A DNA stretch of 63,859 nucleotides, filler included, from Ministeria vibrans ATCC 50519 (lineage: Eukaryota; Protista; Filasterea): NCBI GenBank assembly GCA_943704425.1. It is 9 parts of 9 records of this genome, joined end to end, with 100 filler letters (N's around TTAATTAATTAA, not from the genome) between each part and the next. Parts side by side here need not be neighbours in the genome. Positions count along the whole stretch, not along the records: positions 1 to 6,822 come from CALSCP010001361.1; positions 6,923 to 36,907 come from CALSCP010002613.1; 7 more parts are not named here. One strand, given 5' to 3'. A program made the translations under genes and the position numbers. The notes beneath the pieces were generated by a model, which saw only the letters and a program-made list of their open reading frames with translations, did not search any database and had not been told where the DNA came from. This document shows positions 1 to 17,077 of the stretch, piece after piece. The stretch's first letter is position 1, and each line of letters starts with the position of its first letter.

Positions 1-305
1 CGACTGGCTGACTTTCACGACTGCAGCCTCCGGTGAGGCAGACGAGTCCATTGTACGCTTCGGCATATGCAGCAGGGGCGGCGTGCGGCATCGTGACAAT
101 ATTAAGTGACTTATCGAATGGGACTCAAATCAGTTTCTTTTTTGTTGGAGTTGACGACCACTCAACCGAAGGAAGTGTGATCAGTTCGTGATCAACCGCC
201 ACTGCGCTTAAATAACGCTTTCCTCCACTCTTAACTCTTTATTCTTTAATCTTTTTTGCTTCTTTCTGTCGTGCTCTCCACCAAGCCGTTGCAACCCCTC
301 TCGGC

Positions 306-1709
306 ATGTCTGGGGCGATGATGCGCAAGTGCACTTTTCATCTCGGTAACACTCTGCTTGACTTTCACTTTCCGCTCAAACTTGTCGACGCACCTCCTTC
401 ATCTTTAGGCACGAACCCACAAGCGCTGTGTTCGGGGCATGTCGCGGTCCGTGGCGACGCATTGGACGTGCATGTTGCCGGCGGCCTGGACACCCTCTTG
501 GCCGGAACGACAAGGGTGTCGTCGACAGCGCACGACGCTCGCTTGCTTGTGGTCGACGCCACGCTCACGGTCAAGGTGACCGACCCGGCCGAGCATGGCC
601 ACGTGCACTCTGCCCTCCTCCCGAACGAGTGTCTGTGCGGCACAACGTCCACAACCAATCTGTGTGCCCCAAACCGCACCCGTTCGTCCCTTCTGGACTC
701 GTTGCAATCGGCTGATCTGGACCGTCACAAGACGTTTGAAGGCCGTTTTACCAACGACCCAGCGCAGGTGGGTTGGGGAGATTGAATTAAGAGGGAGGGG
801 GAGACACAATGTGAGAGATGGAGAGGAGGGAGAAAGAATCAAAGCGAGAGTGAGTGAGAGGAAGAAAGAAACACAGTGAGAGACAGACAGAGAGACAGAG
901 AGAGAGAGCCAGTTAAACTGGAAGTGTTGTTGTTTAGCCTGCTGTTGCTGTCCTCATCAAAGCGTTTGTGCGCGACTCGAGCGCCGATGACAAGGACCTG
1001 CGTGAAATTGCGCACGCCAAGTGGCTGTCGCGCGCAGGCTGTCTCCTACCCGTGCTGCACCACTTCTTCGACGACACCTTCCACTTTCTTGTCTTTGACA
1101 AGCCCCTCGGACCGACCCTTCGCGACTTCATAGGTTCCCACGCCATCCCGCTGAGCCTTGCGCAACAGACTGGGATTGCGCGCCAGCTTGTTGAGATTGT
1201 GAGCAAAATGCACGAGAAGCAGTACGCGCACAACGCGCTCACGCCCGATGTGATAGTGCTTGACGCGCCAGTGACGGACTCGAAGGCAGTCCCTCGCGTG
1301 TTTTTGCAGGACGTGCGCAAGGTGAAGCGGGCGGTGCCGCGCTCCAGCAACAGCACGAGCAAGTCAGGCGCGACAACCACTCGTGCCCGACAGGTCTGGC
1401 TCGCGCCGGGGCAGCTCCAGAATTCGACCTACTCGTCGCGCCTTGCACACGACCTCTTTTCGCTAGGGCTTCTCGTCTATGCGCTGGCCAGTGGCGGCAG
1501 GCACGCGTACGACAATGAGGACGGGTCAGCGGTGTCGGACGACGAGCGAATGCGCCGTCTGCTGCAGACAGCGGACAGTCCTCAAGCACTGAATGGCAGT
1601 ATCAAGCGCGACCTTTGCAACCCGCTCTTGGACGTGGCGCGGAGGCTGCTTCTACCTGCTGCCATTGACACGTAAGATGGGAGTGTGAGAGAGAGACAGA
1701 GAGACAAAC

Positions 1710-1746
<37 letters not shown>

Positions 1747-2813
1747 AAGACAGAGAGACAAACAGAGAGAGAGAGAGAGAATGACAGAATGACAGAATGA
1801 GAGTTTGAGTGAGAGAGAGAAAGTCTGATAGAGAACATGAGCGCTTAAGAGAGAGATATAGGAAAGAGAGAACTTGAGAGAGAAAGAGCTCGAGAAAGAA
1901 AGAGAGAGATGGAGAGGGAGAGGGAGTGAGAACTCGAGTGAGATTAAGAGGGCTGGCATGGAGCGTGGTCTCACACAGTGCGTGCTGTAGGAGGGAGATG
2001 GCGGGGAATCTTCTGAAGAAACACCCAGCGTTCTGGACGCAGGATCGGTTTGTGCAGTTTCTGATGTGTGACGGAGTGCAGAAGAATTTGCAGCAGGGCG
2101 TTTGCTTTGATCTGAAGGGGCCGGGTGCGAAGAAGACGGATCTTGCGGGGCTGCAGAGTGGGCCCTGTGCGGCTGCTGTGCCCCTGCTGTTTCCCACTGT
2201 GATGCGCGTGTCGCCGGATGAGGAGAAACGGGAGTTTGAGAATGAGACTCATTGGCAGTGTTGGCAGAATGTGTTGCACATTGTGGCGTGGGTTCCGGTT
2301 GTGGGTGGCAAGCCGCTCAACAAGAAACGCGATGAGCGATTTGACAATACCGATGGTGTGCCTCTCTGCCTCGTGCACGTGTTCACTGCACTGCGCAACA
2401 TGCTAGCGCACGCGGGGCACTGGATCAACTTTGTCACGCTCGTGCCCGACCATCCGCTCCCGTATCCCAACGCATGGGGCGCTACGCTGCAGTACCTGCG
2501 CCACGGCAGCCCAGGCGAGGCTGATGCGCGCAAGCATGCGGTGGTGGTGCCGGCCGCGGGATCACTGACGACCGGCGGGGAGGTGGTTCCCGTGGATTGT
2601 GCGACTGGCGATGCTCTGTATGACTTTGCCGAACTGACGCCGCGGGCGGAGAGGGCGTTGGGGTTTGTGGTGGACGCGCTGGGACGCAGTCCTGCGCGAC
2701 TGGACCATCTTCCTATGCGCCTGTGGATGTTGGCGCACCAGGTTCACGCGGACTGTGGCGTGCTCAACAATGTTAAGATTGCACAGGGCGACTGGGAGTC
2801 GTATTTTGTTTGA
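306..2813 (+). CDS. IRE1/RNase L-like pseudokinase-KEN(HEPN) ribonuclease; join(306..767,938..1671,1991..2813), ~672 aa
   Basis: GT-AG introns 768-937 (phase 0) and 1672-1990 (phase 2) join three ORFs in frame. Motifs resemble IRE1: FEGRF..AVLIK..REI, DLFSLGLLVYALASGGRHAY (IRE1 DIFSxGCVFYYVxSxGxHPF), LLKKHPAFWTQDRFVQFL (VLKHPFFWSxEKQLQFF), TALRNMLAH (RAMRNKKHH). HRD is replaced by HNA, DFG by DVR and APE by APG. Confidence 0.75.
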
Positions 2814-4858
2814 AAAATATTGGAGAGAGTTGTTGTTTAGTGGGCGGGTTTAAACATAAAAGTGCATACCTGCGGTCTTCCGCACCGCTTACTTTACAGA
2901 AACACCCAAGCTCCGACTGCAACCCCCTTTTGATCCAATGAGAATTGTAGGAGGCGTTAATCGCTGCGCTTCCAAATCAGGCGTCCGCCTTGCCATAGAA
3001 GCAACATAGAAACCACCCTCGATCGCGCACGCCGACACACCTGAGCATTTTCTTATCTCTACCGCGTCATTGTGATCTTGAACAAACGTCGAGCTGCTGC
3101 TTACAATGGCTGAGTTGAAAACGAGTCTTTTATCGGGTTTTTTTGTTTTGACAAATGAGGTGTGGAAGAAAATGTGGAAGAAATGTGGAAGAAGTGTCGA
3201 AGAAGAGTCGATGCAATTGTGGAGAGTGTCTCGGGTGAGACGACTTCTGCAAGCGCCTTCTAAACGGCCGTGTGACCCCACCTGTTGCAACGGGAGAAGA
3301 GTAGGTGGCTTTTGATGGGGCTGTGAGTGAAGCGACAGGAAACACAAACAAAAGATACTTAAAGTTGGAGAGTAATCCATAGAAAAGATGAAGAACCGGA
3401 ACGTACCGAAGTGTTGCACTACACAAACATCAACATCTCTTAATATATTACCCAGATCACCATGGAACTTTCAAATACGTATACTCGGAACCCATTCAAC
3501 GTTCACCCGAGCGACAACCTCGTGACTCCTCGCCAACGTTCACAGCACGTACGATCTTCGCTTGTTCCGCCAAAGCATGTCGACTGTGTCATTCAATTAG
3601 AGCCCGTTACGCGGCCTTTACGTACCCATCCATGAGCATCGACGGTAGCTCGAATGTCCTGGGGGTCCACTGCAGCTTCGCACTCGCTGCCGTGCAATGC
3701 GACAAAATTAAAACAGACAATGCGTATAATTATTAGTAAACCAGAGAAGAAACACACACAGGTTCAATACGGGCACCCGTACACGCCAGGCAAGGCTCCG
3801 AACCACAGCAAGTAGCAAGTGAAAAAGCCCCCACCATCACCAAGAACACTATTCCCAAGATCTAGAAGCACAGCCAATCGGATCGACTGAGACAGTCTCA
3901 TCCTCTTGTCACCATTCGTGCATTTCCCCCTAGAAGGTGCTCAGTCGACTCTACCACTCCCTGGTGGCTGCACCCGCTACACACCAAGCCTGTGTCGTTC
4001 TTGGTCGTTGCACGGCCGAACCCTCGTCGCTCACAGCGCGACACGTTTGAGCCGCACCAGAGCACATTGCACATGTGATGGACATGTGATACATCAATCA
4101 ATAATAACCCAAGCAAAGAACCATCCGTAGTGAAGTTGTTTTCCCGGTCGCGTTCTCCGCCGAGGAATGCACATTGACAGCTGGTAAGTCGCAAGTGTGT
4201 ACAAGTTCATTATTAATGCTGAGAGTGTACTGTTGAGCTGTAGTTGAGCTCATCAAAGGTGCGCGAAGGCTGATCAATTGGGCGTTTTGGATGTATTGTT
4301 TACACACCGCAACAAGCAGACCGATATCTGCATTGACGCCCCGTCAAATGTCTTGGTCAGGTCAGTGGAGCTGGTCAAGACAATAATTGGAAGACGTGTA
4401 TATAGATAAAAATTGAAACGAACAAATCATCTGCACCTGAACCCCACTTTCCCTGCCCACTCAAACAAGCAATTAACCCCTGCACATCTACTTCTAAACA
4501 CCATGTCCGCTCAAGCCAGCACCGTTGCGGTCGCACCTGCTCAGAAGTGGGTAAATTACGCGACGTACAAGTCAAAGTAAGAGCGAACAAAAACCGCCAT
4601 GCATTGCCATACAATATGCGAAAACTGGAATTTTGTTCTGTTACGCCCAACAATAAAGTCAGAATCACACGTAACAACCGGACTATGAGTCTGGCGTGAA
4701 TTTCCATCACTTTCATCACAAGTGCTTTACTCTCGCATACACTTCTCCATTCAGCTCTCTCACTATACTCTGTCGCACAAGAGCTAATATAATGCAGCCC
4801 ACATTCTCCACATATACACATGCAGATTAGAACAACAACAATGCGTCAAGCGAGTTGC

Positions 4859-6822
4859 TCAAGTGTCGAACAAATGTGGACGTTCAATCTTGAACTGCCT
4901 CCAAGCCTGGAGCGCCTCCTGCTTCGCACGACCAGCCAGTCGGTTGTCTGGCTGACGCACACACAGGCACACGCTTGCCTTACACGCAAGCTGCAGCAAA
5001 CGCTTGGCTTCATCAAGATCATTGAGCTGCTCGCCAATGCGTCCTGCCAGCACACACATGCGGCATCCAATCGGAGTTTGCAAAAGAGGATGATCGACGA
5101 CTTCAAACGCCGGCAAAAGAGACCTGCCCTCCTTCAGAGAAGGCTTGCGCTTCCGAGGAAGAGGATGGGACATTGCTTGGTCGTACAGACAGTGGGCCAT
5201 CGCATAATTGCTCATCGCAATAGTCGGGTGGTCCAGGTTCCGCGCATGCACCTTCTCCTTGATGCGCAGTGACTCTCCATACCACTCCAGCGCCTTGTTG
5301 TACTCCCCCATCGCCTCATACACCCCCGCCATATTGCCCTTGGTCGTGGCAATCGATGGGTGGCCCAGGTTGCCCGCATGCACCTTCTCCTTGACGCGCA
5401 GTGACTCTCCATACCACTCCAGCGCCTTGTTGTACTCGCCCATCGCCGAGTACACCCCCGCCATGTTGCTCTTGATCGTGGCAATATCAGGATGGTCCAG
5501 GCTGCCCGCATGCACCTTCTCCTTGATGCGCAGTGCCTCTCCATACCACTTCAGCGCCTTGTTGTACTCGCCCATCGCCTGATACACCCCCGCCGTCGCA
5601 TGCTTGGTCGTGGCAATCGATGGGTGGTCCAGGTTCCCCGCATGCACCTTCTCCTCAATGCGCAGTGACTCTCCATACCACTCCAGCGCCTTGTCGTACT
5701 CGCCCATCGCCTCATACACCCCCGCCGTCGCATGCTTAGTCGCTGCAATCGATGGGTGGTCCAGATTGCCCGCATGCACCTTCTCGTAAATGCGCAGTGA
5801 CTCTCCATACCACTCCAGCGCCTTGTTGTACTCCCCCATCGCCTGATACACCCCCGCCGTCGCATGCTTGGTCGTGGCAATCGATGGGTGGTCCAGGTTC
5901 CCCGCATGCACCTTCTCCTCAATGCGCAGTGACTCTCCATACCACTCCAGCGCCTTGTCGTACTCCCCCATCGCCGAGTACACCCCCGCCGTCGCATGCT
6001 TGGTCGAGGCAATCGATGGGTGGTCCAGGTTCCCCGCATGCACCTTCTCCTCAATGCGCAGTGACTCTCTATACCACTCCAGCGCCTTGTTGTACTCGCC
6101 CATCGCCTGATACACCCCCGCCATATTGCCCTTGGTCGTGGCAATCGATGGGTGGCCCAGGTTGCCCGCATGCACCTTCTCCTTGATGCGCAGTGACTCT
6201 CCATACCACTCCAGCGCCTTGTTGTACTCGCCCATCGCCTGATACACCCCCGCCATATTGCCCTTGGTCGTGGCAATCGATGGGTGGCCCAGGTTGCCCG
6301 CATGCACCTTCTCCTTGACGCGCAGTGACTCTCCATACCACTCCAGCGCCTTGTTGTACTCGCCCATCGCCGAGTACACCCCCGCCATGTTGCTCTTGAT
6401 CGTGGCAATATCAGGATGGCCCAGGTTGCCCGCATGCACCTTCTCCTTGATGCGCAGTGACTCTCCATACCACTCCAGCGCCTTGTTGTACTCGCCCATC
6501 GCCGAGTACACCCCCGCCATGTTGCTCTTGATCGTGGCAATATCAGGATGGCCCAGGTTGCCCGCATGCACCTTCTCCTTGATGCGCAGTGACTCTCCAT
6601 ACCACTCCAGCGCCTTGTTGTACTCCCCCATCGCCTCATACACCCCCGCCGTCGCATGCTTGGTCGTGGCAATCGATGGGTGGTCCAGGTTGCCCGCATG
6701 CACCTTCTCGTCGATGCGCAGTGACTCTCCATACCACTCCAGCGCCTTGTCGTACTCGCCCATCGCCTCATACACCCCCGCCGTCGCATGCTTGGTCGCT
6801 GCAATCGATGGGTGGTCCAGAT
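4859..6822 (-). CDS. TPR-array protein (kinesin-light-chain/TPR_12-type 44-aa repeats), 5'-truncated by gap
   Basis: Open frame from the gap to the stop at 4859, with 12 full repeats of the form YxAMGEYxKALEWYGESLRIxEKVHAGNLxHPxIA.. and a unique helical C-terminus of about 100 aa. Confidence 0.9.
5225..6822. repeat. 132-bp coding tandem repeat, 12+ near-identical units
   Basis: Recurrent 'gtgactctccataccactccagcgccttgttgtactc' every 132 nt. Confidence 0.95.
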
Positions 6823-6922
6823 NNNNNNNNNNNNNNNNNNNNNNNNNNNNNNNNNNNNNNNNNNNNTTAATTAATTAANNNNNNNNNNNNNNNNNNNNNN
6901 NNNNNNNNNNNNNNNNNNNNNN
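6823..6922. other. Artificial assembly spacer N..TTAATTAATTAA..N (also ~36908-37007, 45865-45964, 47169-47268, 48688-48787, 56722-56821, 59612-59711, 62260-62359)
   Basis: Same 100-nt N-padded linker with stops in all six frames; genes are cut at these points. Confidence 0.97.
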
Positions 6923-7208
6923 AATACCAAGCAAATTAATTAATTACTCAATAAAAGCGCTGAAAAATCAAGATAAGATAATTAATAATGTTTTTGTGAT
7001 CTTCTTAGAAGTTGAATACCAAGCAAATTAATTAAAAGAAATTTATAACTGCAATCGGGCACGAACGCGCCACTGTCAAGGTATATACACGACAATACAC
7101 AAGCATCCACAAATTTCTTGTCAAATAGCAAGCAAGATGGTTGGTCGAGCTGCGTCTTCCTTTGGCGACTGTATAATAAGGTTGGACTCTTCTTTGATTA
7201 GAAACAAC

Positions 7209-9049
<1,841 letters not shown>

Positions 9050-9268
9050 ATCTCCCAACAGTCAACAGCGAGACGAATAACAACGAACCAAAAAAAAAAA
9101 AAAAGTTAATGATAAATGAATATTCATTGATCTAAATTCCAAAGCGGAATGAAGTTGCGCTCTCTCCAACCTCTCTCACGCTCCATCATCTGTCTCTTTT
9201 TTTCTGTCTCTTGACTCATTGGCTGTGATCAACACCGCGCCCTTGGGTTCCTCTCTGCCCGTCTCTGC

Positions 9269-12050
9269 ATGGATAGTGTCAAACGACCGGGCGAAGCAAC
9301 TTCAGACGACGAAAGCGTGAAACGACAACGAATTGATCTTGCCATGGAACACGATCCCCGCGCCCCCCCGCCGTCCAAGGTGCTCCACGTCCGGTACCCA
9401 CCCGCTCCCCCGTGCCCCTCCCCCCTTGATCCTCTCTTTGCGTTGCTTCTGAGAGAGACACAGAGAGAGTTTTTTTTTTTTTTTCTTTTTCATTTTGTGT
9501 CTTGTTTTGTCAAACGACAACGCAACTCACCCTCAGAGCCCATGCCCGCTCCACAGCGGTGCGTTCCCGTCGTGGGGGAGTGTGTGTGATTGCGCTGCTT
9601 TGATTGTCAATCTCGTTTGGTCATTGTCGATTTTTTTTTTTTTTTTTTTTCGTCTTTTTCCTCCTTTTGCGCTCATTTGTCTCTCCTGTCTCTCCTGCAC
9701 GGCCGCACGCTGTCTGTAGCGGAATACCCGAGAACACAAGTGAAGCAGACCTGCGCAAGCAGATCTCAACGATGGGCAGTATCTCGTAAGAGGAGAATTT
9801 GAGGGAAAAGTGGGACGAGCTGCTGAATCCTCGTGTGGTCTCTTTGTGTGTCTGTCTGTGTGTGTTTTGCAGTTTCATTCTTATGTTGGACCGCCAGCAC
9901 CAGGCGCTGATCGAGTGCCCGTCGGTTGCCGATGCTTCGACCCTGCTCTCCAACGTCCAGTCGGCGCCCGTCTTTGTCAATGGCCGTCAGGTGCACTTCA
10001 ACTTCTCAAAGGTTAGACACAAAAGCGCTCTTCGTCTGACATATTATATTGCCTTTGACTCACTCTCCTTGTCTCTCTTATTTGATATTTATTTTTGCGT
10101 TGTACAGAGCCAAGAAGTGAGTCGCCCTGTTGGTGGTGTTGTTGGCGGCGGTGGCATTCCCACACCCATTCTTCTGCTCACCATCTACAACGCCAACTAC
10201 CCCATCACTGTCGACGTGCTGCACACTATCACGTCGACCTACGGTCAGATCCGTCGCATTGTCATCTTCAAGAAGGCTCAAGTGCAGGCGCTTGTCGAAT
10301 TCGACTCGGTCCAGTCAGCTCTCACTGCCAAGCAGGCGCTCGATGGCGCTGACATCTACGCGGGGTACACAGGAACCAAAAAAAAAAAAAAAAAAAAAAA
10401 AAAGAACAACAGTCATCTTACTCAATAAATAAATAATTTTAGTTGCTGCACGCTGCGGATCGAGTTCTCACGGACACCCGCGCTCAATGTGCGTCGACAG
10501 TGCTCTGAGAGCTGGGACTACACTCTTGCGCACGATGTCTCGGCCGGTCTGCAAGCACCGCCGGCTGTAAGCGGAAGAGTGCAGTGTATGTTTCGAGTGT
10601 GCGTGTAACTGATATAGTGATGATTAGGGCTATGCAATGATGGGCATGGGCAGTGGAAGCGGAGTGATTGGAGGTGGCGGTGGCGTGAGTGGCGCAGCAG
10701 GCGGATACAACGGAGCGAGTGGCAGTGGGAGTGTGGGTGGTGTGCGCAGCGACCACCACGCACACACACACCACCCCCACCACCACCAGATGGGCGTTGT
10801 GGCCGGCGCTGTGACTGGCGTCGGTGGCGCCGTGGGCCCTGCCGTCGTCATGGTGTACAATCTTCCCAAGGTCATGAACTGCCAGCGTCTTTTCAACCTC
10901 CTTTGCATCTATGGAAACGTCACAAAGATCAAGGTAAAAAGGAGAAAATAATAATAATTGTGTGTGGCCTTACATGAATTTTGTTTGTTTCTGTTACTAG
11001 TTCCTTCAAAAGGAAGGCACTGCCATGGCGGAACTGACCGACGTGAATGCAGCGCGCTCGACCATTGAGCAGCTGTCAGGTCTGTCTCTGATGAGCGCCT
11101 CTCTTGTCATCCAGATGAGCCGCCATCCCACTCTGGGCGGTCATCCCAACCCCTCTCAGGTATGCCCAAGTCGTATTATACTTTTTATGTTGTGTTTTCG
11201 TGTTGTGTCTTATGCTCTCTCTCTCTCTCTCTTTTTTTTAATAGGTTCTTCCTGATGGCACTCCCGTCATGGTTGACTTTACTTCGACTCTCCTGAACCG
11301 TTTCATGACCCAAAAGTCTGCGTCGCGCACTCGTGTCATTCGCCCCACCAGAGTACGATTTGTGCATAATTGTATTGCTTACTCTTTATTATTATGACTG
11401 TGTTATTGTTTTTTTTCACGAATCGCACTCTTCCTCAGTCGTTTCTCATATTATCATTTTCACTGTAACATTAGTCATAATTATGTCACACTCTCTCACT
11501 GTGACTCACTGCCACCCTACTCTGACTCCACTGTCAAGCTCTGTCTCGAATCTGCTCTCTAAACTCTCTCTTTTACCTCTCTCTTCTGCAGCTTCTCCAT
11601 TTCTACCACGGACCATCCACTCTCAGCGAGACTGAGTTGCGCGACCATTTCACATCTCACTGCAACCCTTCTCCGTCAAACATTCTCAACGTCAAAATCT
11701 TCGACAAATCAAGTGAGACAATCTATAGAGCAATACTAAAACAATTTAATCATTCACTGACTTGATTCTTTTTTTGTAGCTCCGACTTCAAACACTTCTG
11801 GACTCATTGAGTTTTCGACCATTGAAGATGCAGTCAATGCGCTGGTGCTCGTGAACCATCTCCACATCACAAGGTACTAAAATAACGAACAGAGACGAGA
11901 TGGGCTCTCCTCACTCACTGTCCTCTCGTCTCTCTCTCTCTGTCTGTCTTTAGTGCTGGTATTGACGGTGGAATGCTCAAGCTCGCCTTCTCCCCCGCCA
12001 CCTCCATCACTGCCTCACGCACTGCCGCTGACTCTCCAAAGGCGGAATAG
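9269..12050 (+). CDS. hnRNP L/PTB-family 4-RRM RNA-binding protein
   Basis: PPSKVLHVR|GIPENTSEADL; ILLLTIYNANYPITVDVLHTI..RIVIFKK..QALVEFD; DIYAGCCTLRIEFS; VVMVYNLP..NCQRLFNLLCIYGNVTKIK; LLHFYHGP; all introns GT-AG. Confidence 0.88.
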
Positions 12051-12302
12051 TCCTTTCCTCTCTTCCTTTCCCTTCTTTGCGTGTGTCTTCTTTTTACATC
12101 TTTTCCATCAACGTTTTTTTTTCTTTACACATCTCACTCTCTCACCCTCTCCTCCTTACCGCCCACCCCCCTACTTTTCTTACACTGTCCACAAGGAACT
12201 TAATGCAAACAGCGAGTTGTGATGTATACAAACATGTGTTTAGTTTCATTCGGTGGTACAGAGTATATCTTTGTGTGTGTGTGTGTGTTTTGATCTCAAG
12301 TC

Positions 12303-12676
12303 TCAAGTAGACTTTTGCTTCTTCTTCTTCTTCTTTGCTTGTGTGTGGATGAAAAACGCTCCAATGGCGGCAAGAGCACCCACAAGGACACTCAACGGCA
12401 CAATGAAGACCCACTGGCGTCCGGGAAGAAAGAATTGTCGCAAGAAATGGTCGAGAGAAAGGAAAGGCTGCAAAAGAAAAGAGTTGAGAGGTCGCTTGAA
12501 CGTCTTACAGTCGCCCTTACAAGCACCACTGTCCACGTGGCATAGTACGCAAACACAGCAGCGCCAACGAGAACAAGAATAGAGCCTGCGGCAATGTCGA
12601 GAAGTGCCTAGGGGGGACGGGGAGGGTGAGAGAGCGCAGCGGGAAGGAGGCGGAGGAGGAGGGTGCCGTGTACCAT
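12303..12676 (-). CDS. DPM2: Dolichol-phosphate mannosyltransferase regulatory subunit DPM2
   Basis: Spliced M|ALLDIAAGSILVLVGAAVFAYYATWTVVL|PFLSLDHFLRQFFLPGRQWVFIVP.. with two TM helices and a Lys-rich tail; matches the DPM2 YYTxW..LPF..H..FLP pattern. Confidence 0.85.
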
Positions 12677-13004
12677 GGTTCTTCTCAACGGATCCGACTC
12701 AGATGCAGCGCGTACGAGGGCAGGAGTGCGCGGAGGGGCGCAGTGTGACACAGCAGCACAAGAAACAATAATATTATTTGTATTAGTCGTAACAGTCTAA
12801 GTTAGTACTTTTTCAGTGGTAGTGCTATTCACGCGACTCCCGTCAGATCACTCAAGCAGTGAGTTAATAAACTTAATATAACACTCCTGTGACTCCTGTC
12901 TGGCTTGCCTCGGTTGTACAACATGTATTTTTTCTTAAAATTAATTGAAATGTACTGTTACATAAAGAAACGAGCATGATCGGTTGCACTTTCAATTTCT
13001 TTTT

Positions 13005-15290
<2,286 letters not shown>

Positions 15291-15568
15291 GTCAGCAGAG
15301 AGATAAGGTGATTATTTTGATCAGTCAATCGGTTAGGGACCGAACACAATGCACAGATTGTCTTTTGATGTTCGAGTGAATGAGGTTCGTCCGAGTGCTG
15401 TGAGCTCATATTACTTATCAGAAGTATGGTGTCATCCAAAGCGAGTACTTGTTACTTCTCTGTTAATAGATACATTCTATAGATAGTAAAAGAATATAGA
15501 TATGTTTGGCATGACCCAACACATATAATTCATACTCCATTCACAATTCACACAGAGATTATAATAGT

Positions 15569-16528
<960 letters not shown>

Positions 16529-17077
16529 GACAAACAAGACTGATCGGTCGAAAAGGAGCCGGAGAGGGAGTGCTGGGCAGGCCGATCAGAGTGTGCCAAC
16601 AGATGCAAAGAAAGGAGGGGGGTAGAAAGAGAGAGCGAGAGAGAAGAGTGAAGGAGAAAGTTTGATTGATCATTGTTTGAACTAAACTTTCAAGTTTGAT
16701 TTTACAAATGAAAATTTATTCATCATTTTTCTCTGAACACCTCCCCTACAGGTATCATAACACTTGTCTGCCACCCCTGCTATCCTTTGTTTATCTTGCT
16801 TTTCTTTTCCTTTTCTTTTTTTTTTCTCTTCGTTCGACTCTTTCCTTTTATTTTTTTCAAATGCCAATCCTCACACTCCTACGCCCTTGCACGCCTTGCT
16901 GTGCCAACATACTCATCTCCAATGCACCCACACATGCGATCAAGCACAACCTTCTCACTTCGCGTGTGTGTAAAGCTCTTCTTTTGCGCTAGCGGGAAAT
17001 TCAAAAAAAACCCCCCAAAAAAATTCAAACCTCAACTCACATTGGTCCACTGTGACGCCGCTTGCCGTTCGTGTAGT

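Noticed and set aside
5208-6878. Long alternative-frame and antisense ORFs over the TPR array; CRISPR- or DGR-like interpretation
   Set aside because: By-products of a stop-free 132-bp coding repeat. There are no unique spacers, no RT gene and no separate template repeat.
6823-6922. Recurrent palindromic TTAATTAATTAA as a biological site
   Set aside because: Always N-padded to 100 nt; a standard six-frame-stop contig linker.
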